Assembly (NCBI GenBank): GCA_902635945.1
Contig: CACPPU010000001.1
Location: 299,453 to 363,452 of the forward strand
DNA from: an uncultured Candidatus Actinomarina sp.
GTDB taxonomy: Bacteria; Actinomycetota; Acidimicrobiia; Actinomarinales; Actinomarinaceae
Direction: 5' to 3'
Length of the DNA: 64,000 bases
The notes below the pieces were generated by a model that was given only the letters and a program-made list of their open reading frames with translations, ran no database searches and was not told the origin of the DNA. Made by a program: the position numbers and the translations under genes. This document shows positions 18,797 to 28,238 of this stretch, in pieces; position 1 is the stretch's first letter, and each line of letters opens with the position of its first letter.

Positions 18797-19973
18797 ATGG
18801 GTGCAATAAATATATCAAATGTTGGCAAAGTTTATCCAAATGGAACACGTGCTTTAGAAGATGTCAATATTGAAATCAATGATGGTGAGTTTGTAGTTTT
18901 AGTTGGCCCCTCTGGTTGTGGCAAAACTACTTTGTTAAGAATGGTTGCTGGACTTGAAGACATTACAGAAGGCGAAATTTCTATTGCTGATAATGTAGTT
19001 AATGAAGTTGCTCCTAAAGATAGAGATATCGCAATGGTTTTTCAAAACTACGCTTTATACCCTCATATGTCAGTTTATGACAATATGGCTTTCTCACTTA
19101 AATTACGTAAATTGTCTAAAGAAGAAATAGATAAAAAAGTGAAAGAAGCTGCCAAGACTCTTGAAATTGATGAATTATTAGATAGAAAACCAAAAGCGCT
19201 ATCTGGTGGTCAAAGGCAAAGAGTAGCTATGGGAAGAGCAATTGTGAGAAGCCCTCAAGCATTTCTAATGGATGAGCCTCTATCAAACTTAGATGCTAAA
19301 TTAAGAGTTCAAATGAGAGCTGAGCTAGGACAACTTCACGCTCAATTAGAAACTACAACTTTATATGTGACTCATGATCAAGTTGAGGCTATGACAATGG
19401 GTGATAGAGTTGCTGTCATAAGAAAAGGTGTTTTACAACAAATTGATACTCCAAGAGAAATTTATTTATATCCAAAAAAACATATTTGTGGCTGGATTTA
19501 TTGGAAGTCCTTCAATGAATTTTGTCTATGCAACAGCAACAAAATCAGGAAAAAATATGAAAGTTAAATTTGGTGACAACGAAGTCAAAGTTTCTAATGC
19601 ACCTGAAGCACTTGCTGGTTTTGAAGGAAAAGAAATTGTTGTTGGAGTAAGGCCTGAAGCTTTTGAAGACTCAATTTATGCAAATGATAAAGAATTTAGT
19701 GAACAAGTAAGTATAGAAGTTACTCTTCTTGAACAACTTGGATCAGATACATATGTTCACTTTTATAAAGATATAAAGCCAGTGCAAACAAAAGCAATTG
19801 AAGAAATATTGGCTGATGAAGGAGAAGACATCTCTGTATTAGGTGATGAAACAAAATTTATAGCAAGAATTAATCCAAACTCAACAGTTGAGGAAGGTCA
19901 AAAAATAAACTTAGCTCTTGATCCTACAAAATTGCATTATTTTGATCCAGAAACAGGATTAGCAATAAGATAG
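18797..19973 (+). pseudogene. msiK: MsiK/MalK-type sugar ABC transporter ATPase, interrupted by a 1-nt frameshift in an A7 tract (19474-19480)
   Basis: ORF 18797-19567 holds Walker [24 protein letters not shown] and Walker B. ORF 19428-19973 in the +1 frame continues with [15 protein letters not shown] and the MalK C-terminal regulatory domain. Removing one A restores ...[16 protein letters not shown]. Confidence 0.8.
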
Positions 19974-19974
19974 T

Positions 19975-21234
19975 CTAAAAATTAGAATCTAGTTCTTCTG
20001 TAATATCTTCGATTTCTCTGTAAGCTCTCTCTCTTCCAGTATCAATGTAGTTCTCTAAAGCAACCCATAAAGCATCGGCTCCAATTTTTCTCTCCATTAG
20101 TTCACTGGCATCATATCGAAATGAATTATCCTTCAGAGATTTTATTATCAAATCCCTCTCTTTTGAAGTAATGGGGTTTGCAATATAATTTATATTTTTA
20201 ATATTTGCAGGAATGTAAGAAGAATCTGTATGGCTCATCCATGTTTTTCCAAAACTCTCATCAATTAATTTATCAAAAACTAATTTGGTGTCTTCATCAT
20301 AATTTAAAACAGTTAATACATCACCTATCCCTACAATTGAGTTGTGAGGTGATGGAAATTTAAAAAAATCGTAGTCGGTTTTGAATTTTTTATCCTCTGG
20401 TATGTATAAGGTAGCGTAATGGCCTCCCCATGAAAAAATACAACCAACCTCTTCATTAAGTAAGTTTTTGTAATTATTTCTAAACTCTTTACGAACAATT
20501 CTCTTATTTGATCCATAAACAGCATTTTCAGTAAAGACTAGTTTTCCAATATTATTTATAGAATTAAAAATTGATTTTTCTGAAGAAAGAATTTCTTGTT
20601 TGCTCCATTGGTCATAAATTTCTAATCCGTAATTATTTAGTATTAAGTCCTCTAGCCAATTGGTAGCTATCCAGCCTGTAGAAGCACCACTTTCAATATC
20701 TAAGCACCATAGGTCTTTGTTTTCTTTTGAGTAATTAGTTGTGAACTCAAGAAGCTCATTGTAAGAATTAAACTTTGGTGAATCAATTTCTTCATATTTT
20801 TCGACACTATACCAAATTAATGAATTTGGAAATAATCTAAAAAATGCTCCGTAATTTTTCTTTGAATTATTCGATGTTGTAATTTCTTGAAGGTGCTTTG
20901 AGTAGTAACTTTCCATTGTTTCTTTTGAAACTATTTGATCCATTGACAAAATAATTCCTCTATCACCTAAATTTGTAACTCCTTGTGGGTTTGGAATTAT
21001 TGCAATATCAATATCAGAATTACTATTTTCAATTAAATAAGTCTCTATGTCAGAGTGTGTTTCATATTTTATTTTTATACCAGTTGAGTCTTCAATGCTT
21101 TTTAATTCTATTTCAAACTTTTCTAGATCAGTCATTTGCGGGCCAGCAACAACAACGTCAATTGGCTGGTAAGCAAAGAATGAAAAAGCTATTGTTACAA
21201 ACAAAAATATTACTAAAAATTGCCTATTTACCAT
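19975..21234 (-). CDS. extracellular solute-binding protein (second binding-protein-like gene of the sugar uptake locus)
   Basis: N-terminal TM/signal anchor followed by a ~400-aa periplasmic-binding-like region. Last gene of the minus-strand sugar operon. Confidence 0.5.
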   Translation of the reverse strand: MVNRQFLVIFLFVTIAFSFFAYQPIDVVVAGPQMTDLEKFEIELKSIEDSTGIKIKYETHSDIETYLIENSNSDIDIAIIPNPQGVTNLGDRGIILSMDQIVSKETMESYYSKHLQEITTSNNSKKNYGAFFRLFPNSLIWYSVEKYEEIDSPKFNSYNELLEFTTNYSKENKDLWCLDIESGASTGWIATNWLEDLILNNYGLEIYDQWSKQEILSSEKSIFNSINNIGKLVFTENAVYGSNKRIVRKEFRNNYKNLLNEEVGCIFSWGGHYATLYIPEDKKFKTDYDFFKFPSPHNSIVGIGDVLTVLNYDEDTKLVFDKLIDESFGKTWMSHTDSSYIPANIKNINYIANPITSKERDLIIKSLKDNSFRYDASELMERKIGADALWVALENYIDTGRERAYREIEDITEELDSNF

Positions 21235-22118
21235 AAATGTGCTGCGCCTCTAACACCGCTTGATGAACCATGTTCAGCTTTTACTATTGGAGTTAGAAAT
21301 ATGTCAGAAGCAAGGTAAGGGATAATGTTTTTTGGAATTTCCTCATAAAGCTCATCTATATCAGACATACCTCCTCCACAAACAATTACATCAGGATCAA
21401 GAATATTAACAAAAGAACTAAAAGCTCTAGCAGTTCTTTCAAAGTACACTTTCATTATTTCTTTTACCTCTTCATCCCCTCTCCTATAAAGATCGACTAT
21501 CTCTCTAGATGATTTTTTAAAGCTAGTTTTAAATTCATACCAACTCTCTAATCCTGGACCAGATAAAAATATTTCAATCGCCCCAACTCTCCCACAATGC
21601 CTTTTTATAGACTTTTCATAGTCGTCCATCGGTCCAGGAATTGGATTTTGTCCCCACTCTCCAGTTAATTTATTTGGACCAACAACAAGCTGTTTATCAA
21701 CAACATACCCTGCTCCAACGCCTGTTCCTAAAATAACTGCAAATACTGAATTGAAATCTTTTCCTGCACCATCTATAGCTTCAGATAAAGCAAGACAATC
21801 TGCATCATTAGCTATTTTTACTTCAAAACCTAACTTTTCTTCTAAATCTTTTTTTACATTTTGTCCTTCAAGTGCTTTTGTGTTTGATACCTGTACTAAC
21901 CCTGTTTTAGGATGAAGAGATCCAGGCATTCCAATACCTACAGTTATTTCTTTATTATTATCTGCTGTCTCAAGAATAAGGTTATGTACAGCGTTTAAGA
22001 TATCTTGGTAATCATCTTTTGGTGAGTCAATTCTGTTTCTTGTAAGTTCTTCATTTGTAACTGGGTCTAAAGCGATAGCCTCCAGCTTTGTTCCACCCCA
22101 ATCAAGACCTATTTTCAT
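21228..22118 (-). CDS. ROK-family sugar kinase (no N-terminal HTH)
   Basis: N-terminal ATP-binding MKIGLDWGGTK and the ROK signature; 296 aa. Confidence 0.8.
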   Translation of the reverse strand: MKIGLDWGGTKLEAIALDPVTNEELTRNRIDSPKDDYQDILNAVHNLILETADNNKEITVGIGMPGSLHPKTGLVQVSNTKALEGQNVKKDLEEKLGFEVKIANDADCLALSEAIDGAGKDFNSVFAVILGTGVGAGYVVDKQLVVGPNKLTGEWGQNPIPGPMDDYEKSIKRHCGRVGAIEIFLSGPGLESWYEFKTSFKKSSREIVDLYRRGDEEVKEIMKVYFERTARAFSSFVNILDPDVIVCGGGMSDIDELYEEIPKNIIPYLASDIFLTPIVKAEHGSSSGVRGAAHLW

Positions 22119-22119
22119 A

Positions 22120-22701
22120 TCATTTACTCAGTTCAAAATTAATACTATACCTCTCTATGTTACTTGTGAAGATTAATTCAATTTCCTTATTGTTATCAAC
22201 TTTCCATATATTTGGAGCATCTGGATAAACACCTCCGTAATCAGTGGCTACTCCAACATAAAAAGTCTCGCCATTAGTCATATTTACATTTAAATAACGA
22301 GCGTAGTAAAAATAATTATCACAACGATCATCTATCTCATTTAAAAATCTACCTTTTATGGAAGATTTAAAATTGAATTTTTGTTCTAATAAAATGCTGA
22401 ACTCTCCAGCTCCAAAACCATCCCATTTTGGACCAACACAAACACCATTAAACTCGCTTTCGTAATCATCTCTAAACTTCATATCAAAAACCATTTCGAT
22501 GTTATCAATCATGCTTGAGTTTTTGGGAAATGCTTGAAATTCTATTTCTATATTCTCTGAATTAGACTCGTAAATATTAAATGTAAATCTAGAGTCAATA
22601 AGATTAATATCACTCTCAGATTCAATGGAATAGTTGTAGGTACTAGTAGTAGTGCAGGAAATTATTAGTAAAGATATTAATAAATATCTAAGTAGGCTCA
22701 A
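22120..22701 (-). CDS. hypothetical lipoprotein inside the sugar-uptake operon
   Basis: Signal peptide with lipobox LIISC; no recognisable domain. Confidence 0.5.
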   Translation of the reverse strand: MSLLRYLLISLLIISCTTTSTYNYSIESESDINLIDSRFTFNIYESNSENIEIEFQAFPKNSSMIDNIEMVFDMKFRDDYESEFNGVCVGPKWDGFGAGEFSILLEQKFNFKSSIKGRFLNEIDDRCDNYFYYARYLNVNMTNGETFYVGVATDYGGVYPDAPNIWKVDNNKEIELIFTSNIERYSINFELSK

Positions 22702-23600
22702 CCCTTTACAGCCCCGCCAATTAATCCTCTAATAAAGAAGCGTTGAAGCCCAAAAAATACACCTAACGGAACAAGTATTGAAATAATCGCCCCAGATGTT
22801 CTCAAATGCCAAGCTTCTCCAAATCTACCTACAACAATTTGGGACATGTGAGAAGTCACGACTAAATTTTCAGGTTTGTAAATACCCAAGAAAACATTTG
22901 CCACTAGAAAGTCGTTATATACCCAAAGAAATTGAAAAGTTGCAAATGCTGCAATACCTGCAACGGATAGCGGTAAAACTAATCTAAAAAAAGTAGTAAA
23001 GTTTGTAGCACCATCGATCTTTGCAGACTCAATAACACTTCTTGGCAGACCCATCATAAAATCTCGTAATAGGAAGGTTGCTAAAGGAAGTCCGAACCCT
23101 GTGTGAGCAAACCAGGTAGCCACAAAAGTACCATTTAAATCGAGTGCTGGAATAATTGGTATGCCAGCAATTTCAATTCCATCTTTAAACAATTGTACTA
23201 AAGGTATTAGTGACATCTGTAAAGGGATAATCATAGAGCCAACAACAAAAAGAAATAGAACATTTTTCCCTCGAAATTCCATGAAAGCAAAAGCGTATGC
23301 AGCGAAAGCAGCAATAGTAATTGGGATTATTGTAGAAGGAATCGTGACAGCAAGAGAATTATAAAATGATCGATCTAAATTTTCTGCTCTAAAGACTTCC
23401 TGATAGTTTTGTAAACTTAATTCAGACCAAATTGTACCTGTATAAATTGCATCCCACCAAGAAGTTCTTTTTATTGCCTCTCCTGGTCTAAATGAACTTA
23501 AAAGGAATCCAAAAATTGGGAAAATCCAAGTCAATGCAATTGAGACAAGAATTAGTTTTGTCATAGGTTTGTCGTACCATTTTTGTGTATTTCTTGTCAT
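22698..23600 (-). CDS. sugar ABC transporter permease (MalG/UgpE-like)
   Basis: Six-TM protein with the EAA-loop region IESAKIDGA. Confidence 0.85.
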   Translation of the reverse strand: MTRNTQKWYDKPMTKLILVSIALTWIFPIFGFLLSSFRPGEAIKRTSWWDAIYTGTIWSELSLQNYQEVFRAENLDRSFYNSLAVTIPSTIIPITIAAFAAYAFAFMEFRGKNVLFLFVVGSMIIPLQMSLIPLVQLFKDGIEIAGIPIIPALDLNGTFVATWFAHTGFGLPLATFLLRDFMMGLPRSVIESAKIDGATNFTTFFRLVLPLSVAGIAAFATFQFLWVYNDFLVANVFLGIYKPENLVVTSHMSQIVVGRFGEAWHLRTSGAIISILVPLGVFFGLQRFFIRGLIGGAVKG

Positions 23601-24823
23601 GAATCTAAATTATCCCTCTCTCGGAGTGCAGTTCCAATGATGACTGGGAGGACGCAAATAAATATTATCACTGCAACTGTTGAGGATCGGCCAAAATTTC
23701 TATATTTAGAAAATTCATCTAGCATTTTTACTGCTAATAAGTTAGTTTCTAAATCTCCTCTTGTTGATACATAAATAATATCAAAAGCTTTAAGTACAGT
23801 CACAACCATATAGGTACCCACAACTACAATTGTGCTTTTTATGTATGGGACAACAATTGATCTAAAAATCCGTATTTCAGAGGCTCCATCAATCTGTCCT
23901 GCTTCCATTATCTCAGCAGGAATAGCTTTTATACCAGCAGAAAAAACTACGGCAGCAAATCCTGTGTACATCCAAACCATAATCACCATCAATAAAAGAG
24001 TGTTTATAGGAAGGTTCACAAACATATTTGATAACCAACTTCCGTCTTGAAGAGTTTCAGCAATTGGAAGTGCTGATAAGTCTCTCTGTTGCAACCAACC
24101 AACAGGAGCAACACAACTCGCATCGTCAAAACCATAGAACTCACCATCAATAATTCTATTGTTGTAACAGTTGTCACCTTTTGAAACCCTTATACCATTT
24201 ATTATTCCAATTTGAGTTAATGGTGGAGGTCTATATTCATAGATGAATTTAAAAATTGCGGTTGCACCTACTGCTGATATTGCCATAGGCATAAAAACTA
24301 TTGATTTAAAAAAAGATTCACCTTTATTCAATCTATCAGTTAACCAACCAACAACAAGACCTACGATTAGTGTTAAGGTCACAACAGCAATAAGCCAAAT
24401 AACCTGATTTCTAATTGTTGTAATCATTTCTGCATCGGTAACTGCCCAGACATAATTTTCAAAACCAACAAAATCATTGCTATATCTATCTTTAAAACTC
24501 AAATAAAGAGTTCTTACTGCTGGATAAAATAAAAATAAGCCAATCATAAATATTGATGGACCAACAAACATCCTAGCCTCCAAGACATCCCTGGAATCTT
24601 TTGGAGCAAAATTAATCAGCTTATTCATGCCTAAAAACAATAAAAATATAAATGTAGAACCTAGTGGGATTGCTATTAAGACGAGTACATTACGAGTAAC
24701 GATTTCAGTAAGCTCTCTAAATAAAATTGCTTGAGACAGAAACCAAAATAATGGGAAAATTGCTAAAGCTAAAGTCGATATTCCAAAGTTAAAAAGCTTT
24801 TTTTCTTGTGTGTTCTGTTTCAT
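23597..24823 (-). CDS. sugar ABC transporter permease (MalF/UgpA-like)
   Basis: Multi-TM MalF-type permease with the EAGQIDGAS EAA loop. I place the start at MKQNTQEKK (24823). The ORF-track start at 24883 would run through the intercistronic hairpin. Confidence 0.8.
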   Translation of the reverse strand: MKQNTQEKKLFNFGISTLALAIFPLFWFLSQAILFRELTEIVTRNVLVLIAIPLGSTFIFLLFLGMNKLINFAPKDSRDVLEARMFVGPSIFMIGLFLFYPAVRTLYLSFKDRYSNDFVGFENYVWAVTDAEMITTIRNQVIWLIAVVTLTLIVGLVVGWLTDRLNKGESFFKSIVFMPMAISAVGATAIFKFIYEYRPPPLTQIGIINGIRVSKGDNCYNNRIIDGEFYGFDDASCVAPVGWLQQRDLSALPIAETLQDGSWLSNMFVNLPINTLLLMVIMVWMYTGFAAVVFSAGIKAIPAEIMEAGQIDGASEIRIFRSIVVPYIKSTIVVVGTYMVVTVLKAFDIIYVSTRGDLETNLLAVKMLDEFSKYRNFGRSSTVAVIIFICVLPVIIGTALRERDNLDS

Positions 24824-24848
24824 ACAATTTTTTAATTTTACCTTATTA

Positions 24849-24881
24849 GATAAAAGATAGCCACCCAAATGGGTGGCTATC
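24849..24881 (-). terminator. intercistronic stem-loop between the first binding-protein gene and the first permease gene (partial terminator or mRNA-stabilising hairpin)
   Basis: Perfect 11-bp stem GATAGCCACCC/GGGTGGCTATC with a 4-nt loop. On the minus strand it is followed by TTTTAT. Confidence 0.5.
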
Positions 24882-24904
24882 AAATTTAATGATCAGTTCT
24901 TAGC

Positions 24905-26203
24905 TTACGGCCAAGACTTATCAATATTATCCATTGCAGTACCAATGTAACCTGGGCCTTCAACAGCTAAGTTCATCATTTCTTTCCAGAATGAACCAGC
25001 TCCAACCTCAGGTGGCATTAGGTCTGATGCATCGAATCTGAATGCATCTGCTGCCAATGCGTCTGTAATAATTGTTCCTAATATTCTGTTGATATCTTTT
25101 GAATATAGGTCATTATTAAATCCAGTGTGAGCACTTAATCTAGCATTGTTTGGCTGTTGAGCTGCAGGCTCGTGGAATGATGCGCTAAGCAAGTATTCCG
25201 CTACAACTTTAGTAGCCTCTCTATCATTAAATGCACCCCACATATCTCCACCACCTAATGCAGCCTTTGGAAGGCTTTCATCGATGACAGGGAATGGGAA
25301 TACTGTTGTCTCAACACCAACTCCTGCCTGAGCTGCCTCTGGCCAGAATGCTGGTATGAAAGATGCTTGTCTATGCATGAAACAACCTGGGTTGCCATTT
25401 GCATCTTTTGAGAACATTGGATCTTGTGCATTACCGAAGTATGTTGATACGATAGCATCAGTACCACCAACAACATAATTTTCTGTATGCATGATTTGAC
25501 TTAATAGTGTTGCTGCATTTGTGACAGTGTCACTAGCGAACTTAAGTTCATTAGTTACCCACTTGTCATAAGATGTAACACCTTCACCGGTACGAAGCAT
25601 AATATCTTCCATCCAGTCTGTTGCTAACCAACCAGATGCACCGTTTGAGTACATACCAAAACAGAATGGATTCATTCCTTCTGAAACGATTTGATCAGCT
25701 AGAGCGATCATTTCATCCCATGTATTTGGAACTGCATATCCTCTTGCTTCAAATTCTGCTGGTTGATACCAAACAATACTCTTAAGGTTAGCTGCATTTG
25801 CACCACCATAAATAACACCGTCAACTGTACCAAGACCTACTAAGTAGGATGAGAAGTTTGACTTATATTCATCTAGATCAATGTCTAGATCTTCAAGTGG
25901 TGTTAACATGCCTCTTTTTGCAGCATCAACTACTGCACCAGGCTGTGGCCACAATGCGAAGTCTGGTGTATCACCAGATTCCATTTGAATTTGGATTTCT
26001 TGCTCAAAGTTGTCAGAACCTTGATATGTAACAATAATTCCAGTTTCTTCTGTTATTGCAGCGATGTTAGCTCTGAAGCCTTCTTGGTCTTCACCAATGA
26101 GAGCACCTGTAATGGTGACCTCTTCACCTTCTAAACTTCCGCCGCCACAAGCACCGAGAATTAAAGTTAACAACAAGAAAGCCACTAGTAATGGTTTCTT
26201 CAT
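24905..26203 (-). CDS. sugar ABC transporter substrate-binding lipoprotein (MalE family)
   Basis: Lipobox LILGACGGG; 432-aa family-1 solute-binding protein. Confidence 0.85.
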   Translation of the reverse strand: MKKPLLVAFLLLTLILGACGGGSLEGEEVTITGALIGEDQEGFRANIAAITEETGIIVTYQGSDNFEQEIQIQMESGDTPDFALWPQPGAVVDAAKRGMLTPLEDLDIDLDEYKSNFSSYLVGLGTVDGVIYGGANAANLKSIVWYQPAEFEARGYAVPNTWDEMIALADQIVSEGMNPFCFGMYSNGASGWLATDWMEDIMLRTGEGVTSYDKWVTNELKFASDTVTNAATLLSQIMHTENYVVGGTDAIVSTYFGNAQDPMFSKDANGNPGCFMHRQASFIPAFWPEAAQAGVGVETTVFPFPVIDESLPKAALGGGDMWGAFNDREATKVVAEYLLSASFHEPAAQQPNNARLSAHTGFNNDLYSKDINRILGTIITDALAADAFRFDASDLMPPEVGAGSFWKEMMNLAVEGPGYIGTAMDNIDKSWP

Positions 26204-26346
26204 TTATTACTTTCCCCTTTGTGTATACGTACGTATGCTAAGAATAAGGTTTCTTAGCAGTATGAAGTATACATTTACGTTATAAAAGTTAAAAGTGAGA
26301 TAGAAATTATTTATCACAAAATAAGGTACTTTGTGAATGTTTAGAG

Positions 26347-26430
26347 TGCCCGGGGGGGGACTCGAACCCCCACATCCTTTCGAATAACGGATTTTAAGTC
26401 CGTCGCGTCTACCAATTCCGCCACCCGGGC
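26347..26430 (-). tRNA. tRNA-Leu (anticodon TAA)
   Basis: The reverse complement reads GCCCGGGTGGCGGAATTGGTAGACGC...ACGGA-CTTAAAA-TCCGT, a long variable arm, then GGGGGTTCGAGTCCCCC. The 3' CCA is not encoded. Confidence 0.9.
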
Positions 26431-26441
26431 TAATATCTAAT

Positions 26442-27341
26442 CTAATATTTTTTTAATATTAGACCTTCCAAAATATCACTATTTGAAACTTTAATTGAAT
26501 TTACATTATATTTAGAAATAATTTCTTTCGCTAATAGTATTCCTGCTTGAATAGTTTTAGCTCTTTTTGGATCTAGTCCCTTATATTTTGTAATGATTTG
26601 TGGTTCATTTAAGTGCAACAACTCATTACTAATTTTGAAAACATCTTCATTTTTTAACTCAGTTAGGTGTATTTCTTTCTCATTAAATTGAGTCTGTTTC
26701 AAAAAAATTGACGCAAGAGATGTAAACGTGCCTGCGACTCCTACCAATAATCTTCCATCAAATGCATTAGGTTCTAATAGGTGACTCTCTATATACTCTC
26801 TAGCTAGCAATACTGATTTCTCTGGAGGTGGTAGTTTATCAAAAAATAATTCACTAAGGCTGACAACACCAATGTTGACTGACTTTGAGACTATTTTTTT
26901 ATCATCATCATAAATAAACTCAGTACTTCTTCCACCAATGTCGACAATAAGAAAATTTTCCAAACTACCTAAAGAATTTAAAACACCCACACTAGTTAAT
27001 ACGCCCTCTTCTTCACCCGAGACAATATCAACTTCAAAACCGAATTTCTTCTCTATTAGTTGTATAATTTCTTGACTGTTTGCGGCATCTCTAAGAGCAG
27101 CTGTACCAACAATTTGAATATTTTCAACGTTGTTTTTGTTTATAGTTTTAAAGTAGCCTGCAAGTACTTTTAATACTCTCTTTGTAGCTACTTTAGAAAT
27201 AATTTTTGATTCTGATAATTTATCAGCCATTCTTGTGACTTGATGTTCTTTATAAATTGTAGTTAATGTGCCGTTGGCTATATCTGCAATGAGCATCCTT
27301 GTAGAGTTAGAGCCAAGATCAATTGATGCAGCTCTTACCAA
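26442..27341 (-). CDS. ppx: exopolyphosphatase / guanosine pentaphosphate phosphohydrolase family (Ppx/GppA)
   Basis: N-terminal AASIDLGSNSTRMLIAD; 299 aa; lies in the conserved eno-ftsB-DUF501-ppx arrangement. Confidence 0.8.
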   Translation of the reverse strand: MVRAASIDLGSNSTRMLIADIANGTLTTIYKEHQVTRMADKLSESKIISKVATKRVLKVLAGYFKTINKNNVENIQIVGTAALRDAANSQEIIQLIEKKFGFEVDIVSGEEEGVLTSVGVLNSLGSLENFLIVDIGGRSTEFIYDDDKKIVSKSVNIGVVSLSELFFDKLPPPEKSVLLAREYIESHLLEPNAFDGRLLVGVAGTFTSLASIFLKQTQFNEKEIHLTELKNEDVFKISNELLHLNEPQIITKYKGLDPKRAKTIQAGILLAKEIISKYNVNSIKVSNSDILEGLILKKY

Positions 27342-27853
27342 ATTACTTTCCAGTCTTTATTTTTTTCAAATGTCTTAGGATTTATACAGGCTTCTTCACA
27401 ATTAAAACTTCCTATAGATTCAACAACAATTTTTCCTATTACGTTTTTTCCAGTCGAAAGTTCGTCTGCAGTATGGGAGTGTAAGCATTTAATAGATTCT
27501 GTAGCACCACCTACCCCACCTGTAGCTTGTGGCCCAGAATTATCATTAGCTAACTCTTCTCTTTCAGCTTGATATGTTTTCTGTCGAGATTGCCACTTCT
27601 CTTTAAGGTCAGGATTGTTTTCTAATTCTTTATCTAACTCTTTTATGAGTCCTTGAGATTCTAAAGATCCAATTTTTTTATTGTACATAGGACAAGTAAG
27701 CCAATATGTTGTTGGAAATGGAGTTCCGTCATTTAGTTTTGGTGGAACTTTTATGACTGCCGGAATATCAAGATGACATCTACAACTGACTTCTGAATCA
27801 CTTCTGAGCTCTCTGCCGATTTGTTGCTGAACGATTCTGGAATCGTTATTCAC
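27335..27853 (-). CDS. DUF501-family protein
   Basis: Placed between the FtsB-like gene and ppx, the same position the DUF501 gene occupies in mycobacteria; 172 aa. Confidence 0.55.
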   Translation of the reverse strand: MNNDSRIVQQQIGRELRSDSEVSCRCHLDIPAVIKVPPKLNDGTPFPTTYWLTCPMYNKKIGSLESQGLIKELDKELENNPDLKEKWQSRQKTYQAEREELANDNSGPQATGGVGGATESIKCLHSHTADELSTGKNVIGKIVVESIGSFNCEEACINPKTFEKNKDWKVIW

Positions 27854-28238
27854 CTTCTTTACCGACCACGTAATCTATTACATACTCAATTAAACTTTTA
27901 CCTCTGTCTGACTTTAAGGTTTCTTCAATTGGAGTTACTGGTTCTGGAACTTCAAATCTATATAAAACTTCTCCTTGTTCTCCATAGCCTCTTTTTCTGA
28001 GAATTAATTCAGCTTTATCTGGATCATCTAAGTCCGAAATTTGTTGATTCCAATCATCTATTTGATTTTGCAGTACAACAATTTCTTCCTGCCTATCCTC
28101 TAATGAGTTTTGTAAAACTTTTAATTTGTCATAACTTTCCTGATAAGTATCAAATAAAAAGAAAAGGAAGGAAGAAATTAACGTAAAAATTAATAATCTG
28201 GAAAATATATTATTACCTATAGTTTTTAAACTTGCCAT
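27846..28238 (-). CDS. ftsB: septum formation initiator (FtsB/DivIC-like)
   Basis: N-terminal TM helix, coiled coil (EEIVVLQNQIDDWNQQISDL), 130 aa, immediately downstream of eno. Confidence 0.7.
   Translation of the reverse strand: MASLKTIGNNIFSRLLIFTLISSFLFFLFDTYQESYDKLKVLQNSLEDRQEEIVVLQNQIDDWNQQISDLDDPDKAELILRKRGYGEQGEVLYRFEVPEPVTPIEETLKSDRGKSLIEYVIDYVVGKEGE

Noticed and set aside
26300-26346. TCACAAA-N9-TTTGTGA inverted repeat just downstream of tRNA-Leu
   Set aside because: Half-sites face outward, the opposite of the CRP arrangement. There is no T-run for a terminator. Most likely a weak tRNA 3' processing hairpin or chance.
26347-26430. tRNA genes as possible integration sites of a genomic island
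   Set aside because: No integrase, transposase, direct repeat of the tRNA 3' end, or compositional shift flanks either tRNA-Leu or tRNA-Arg. The neighbours are core housekeeping genes.
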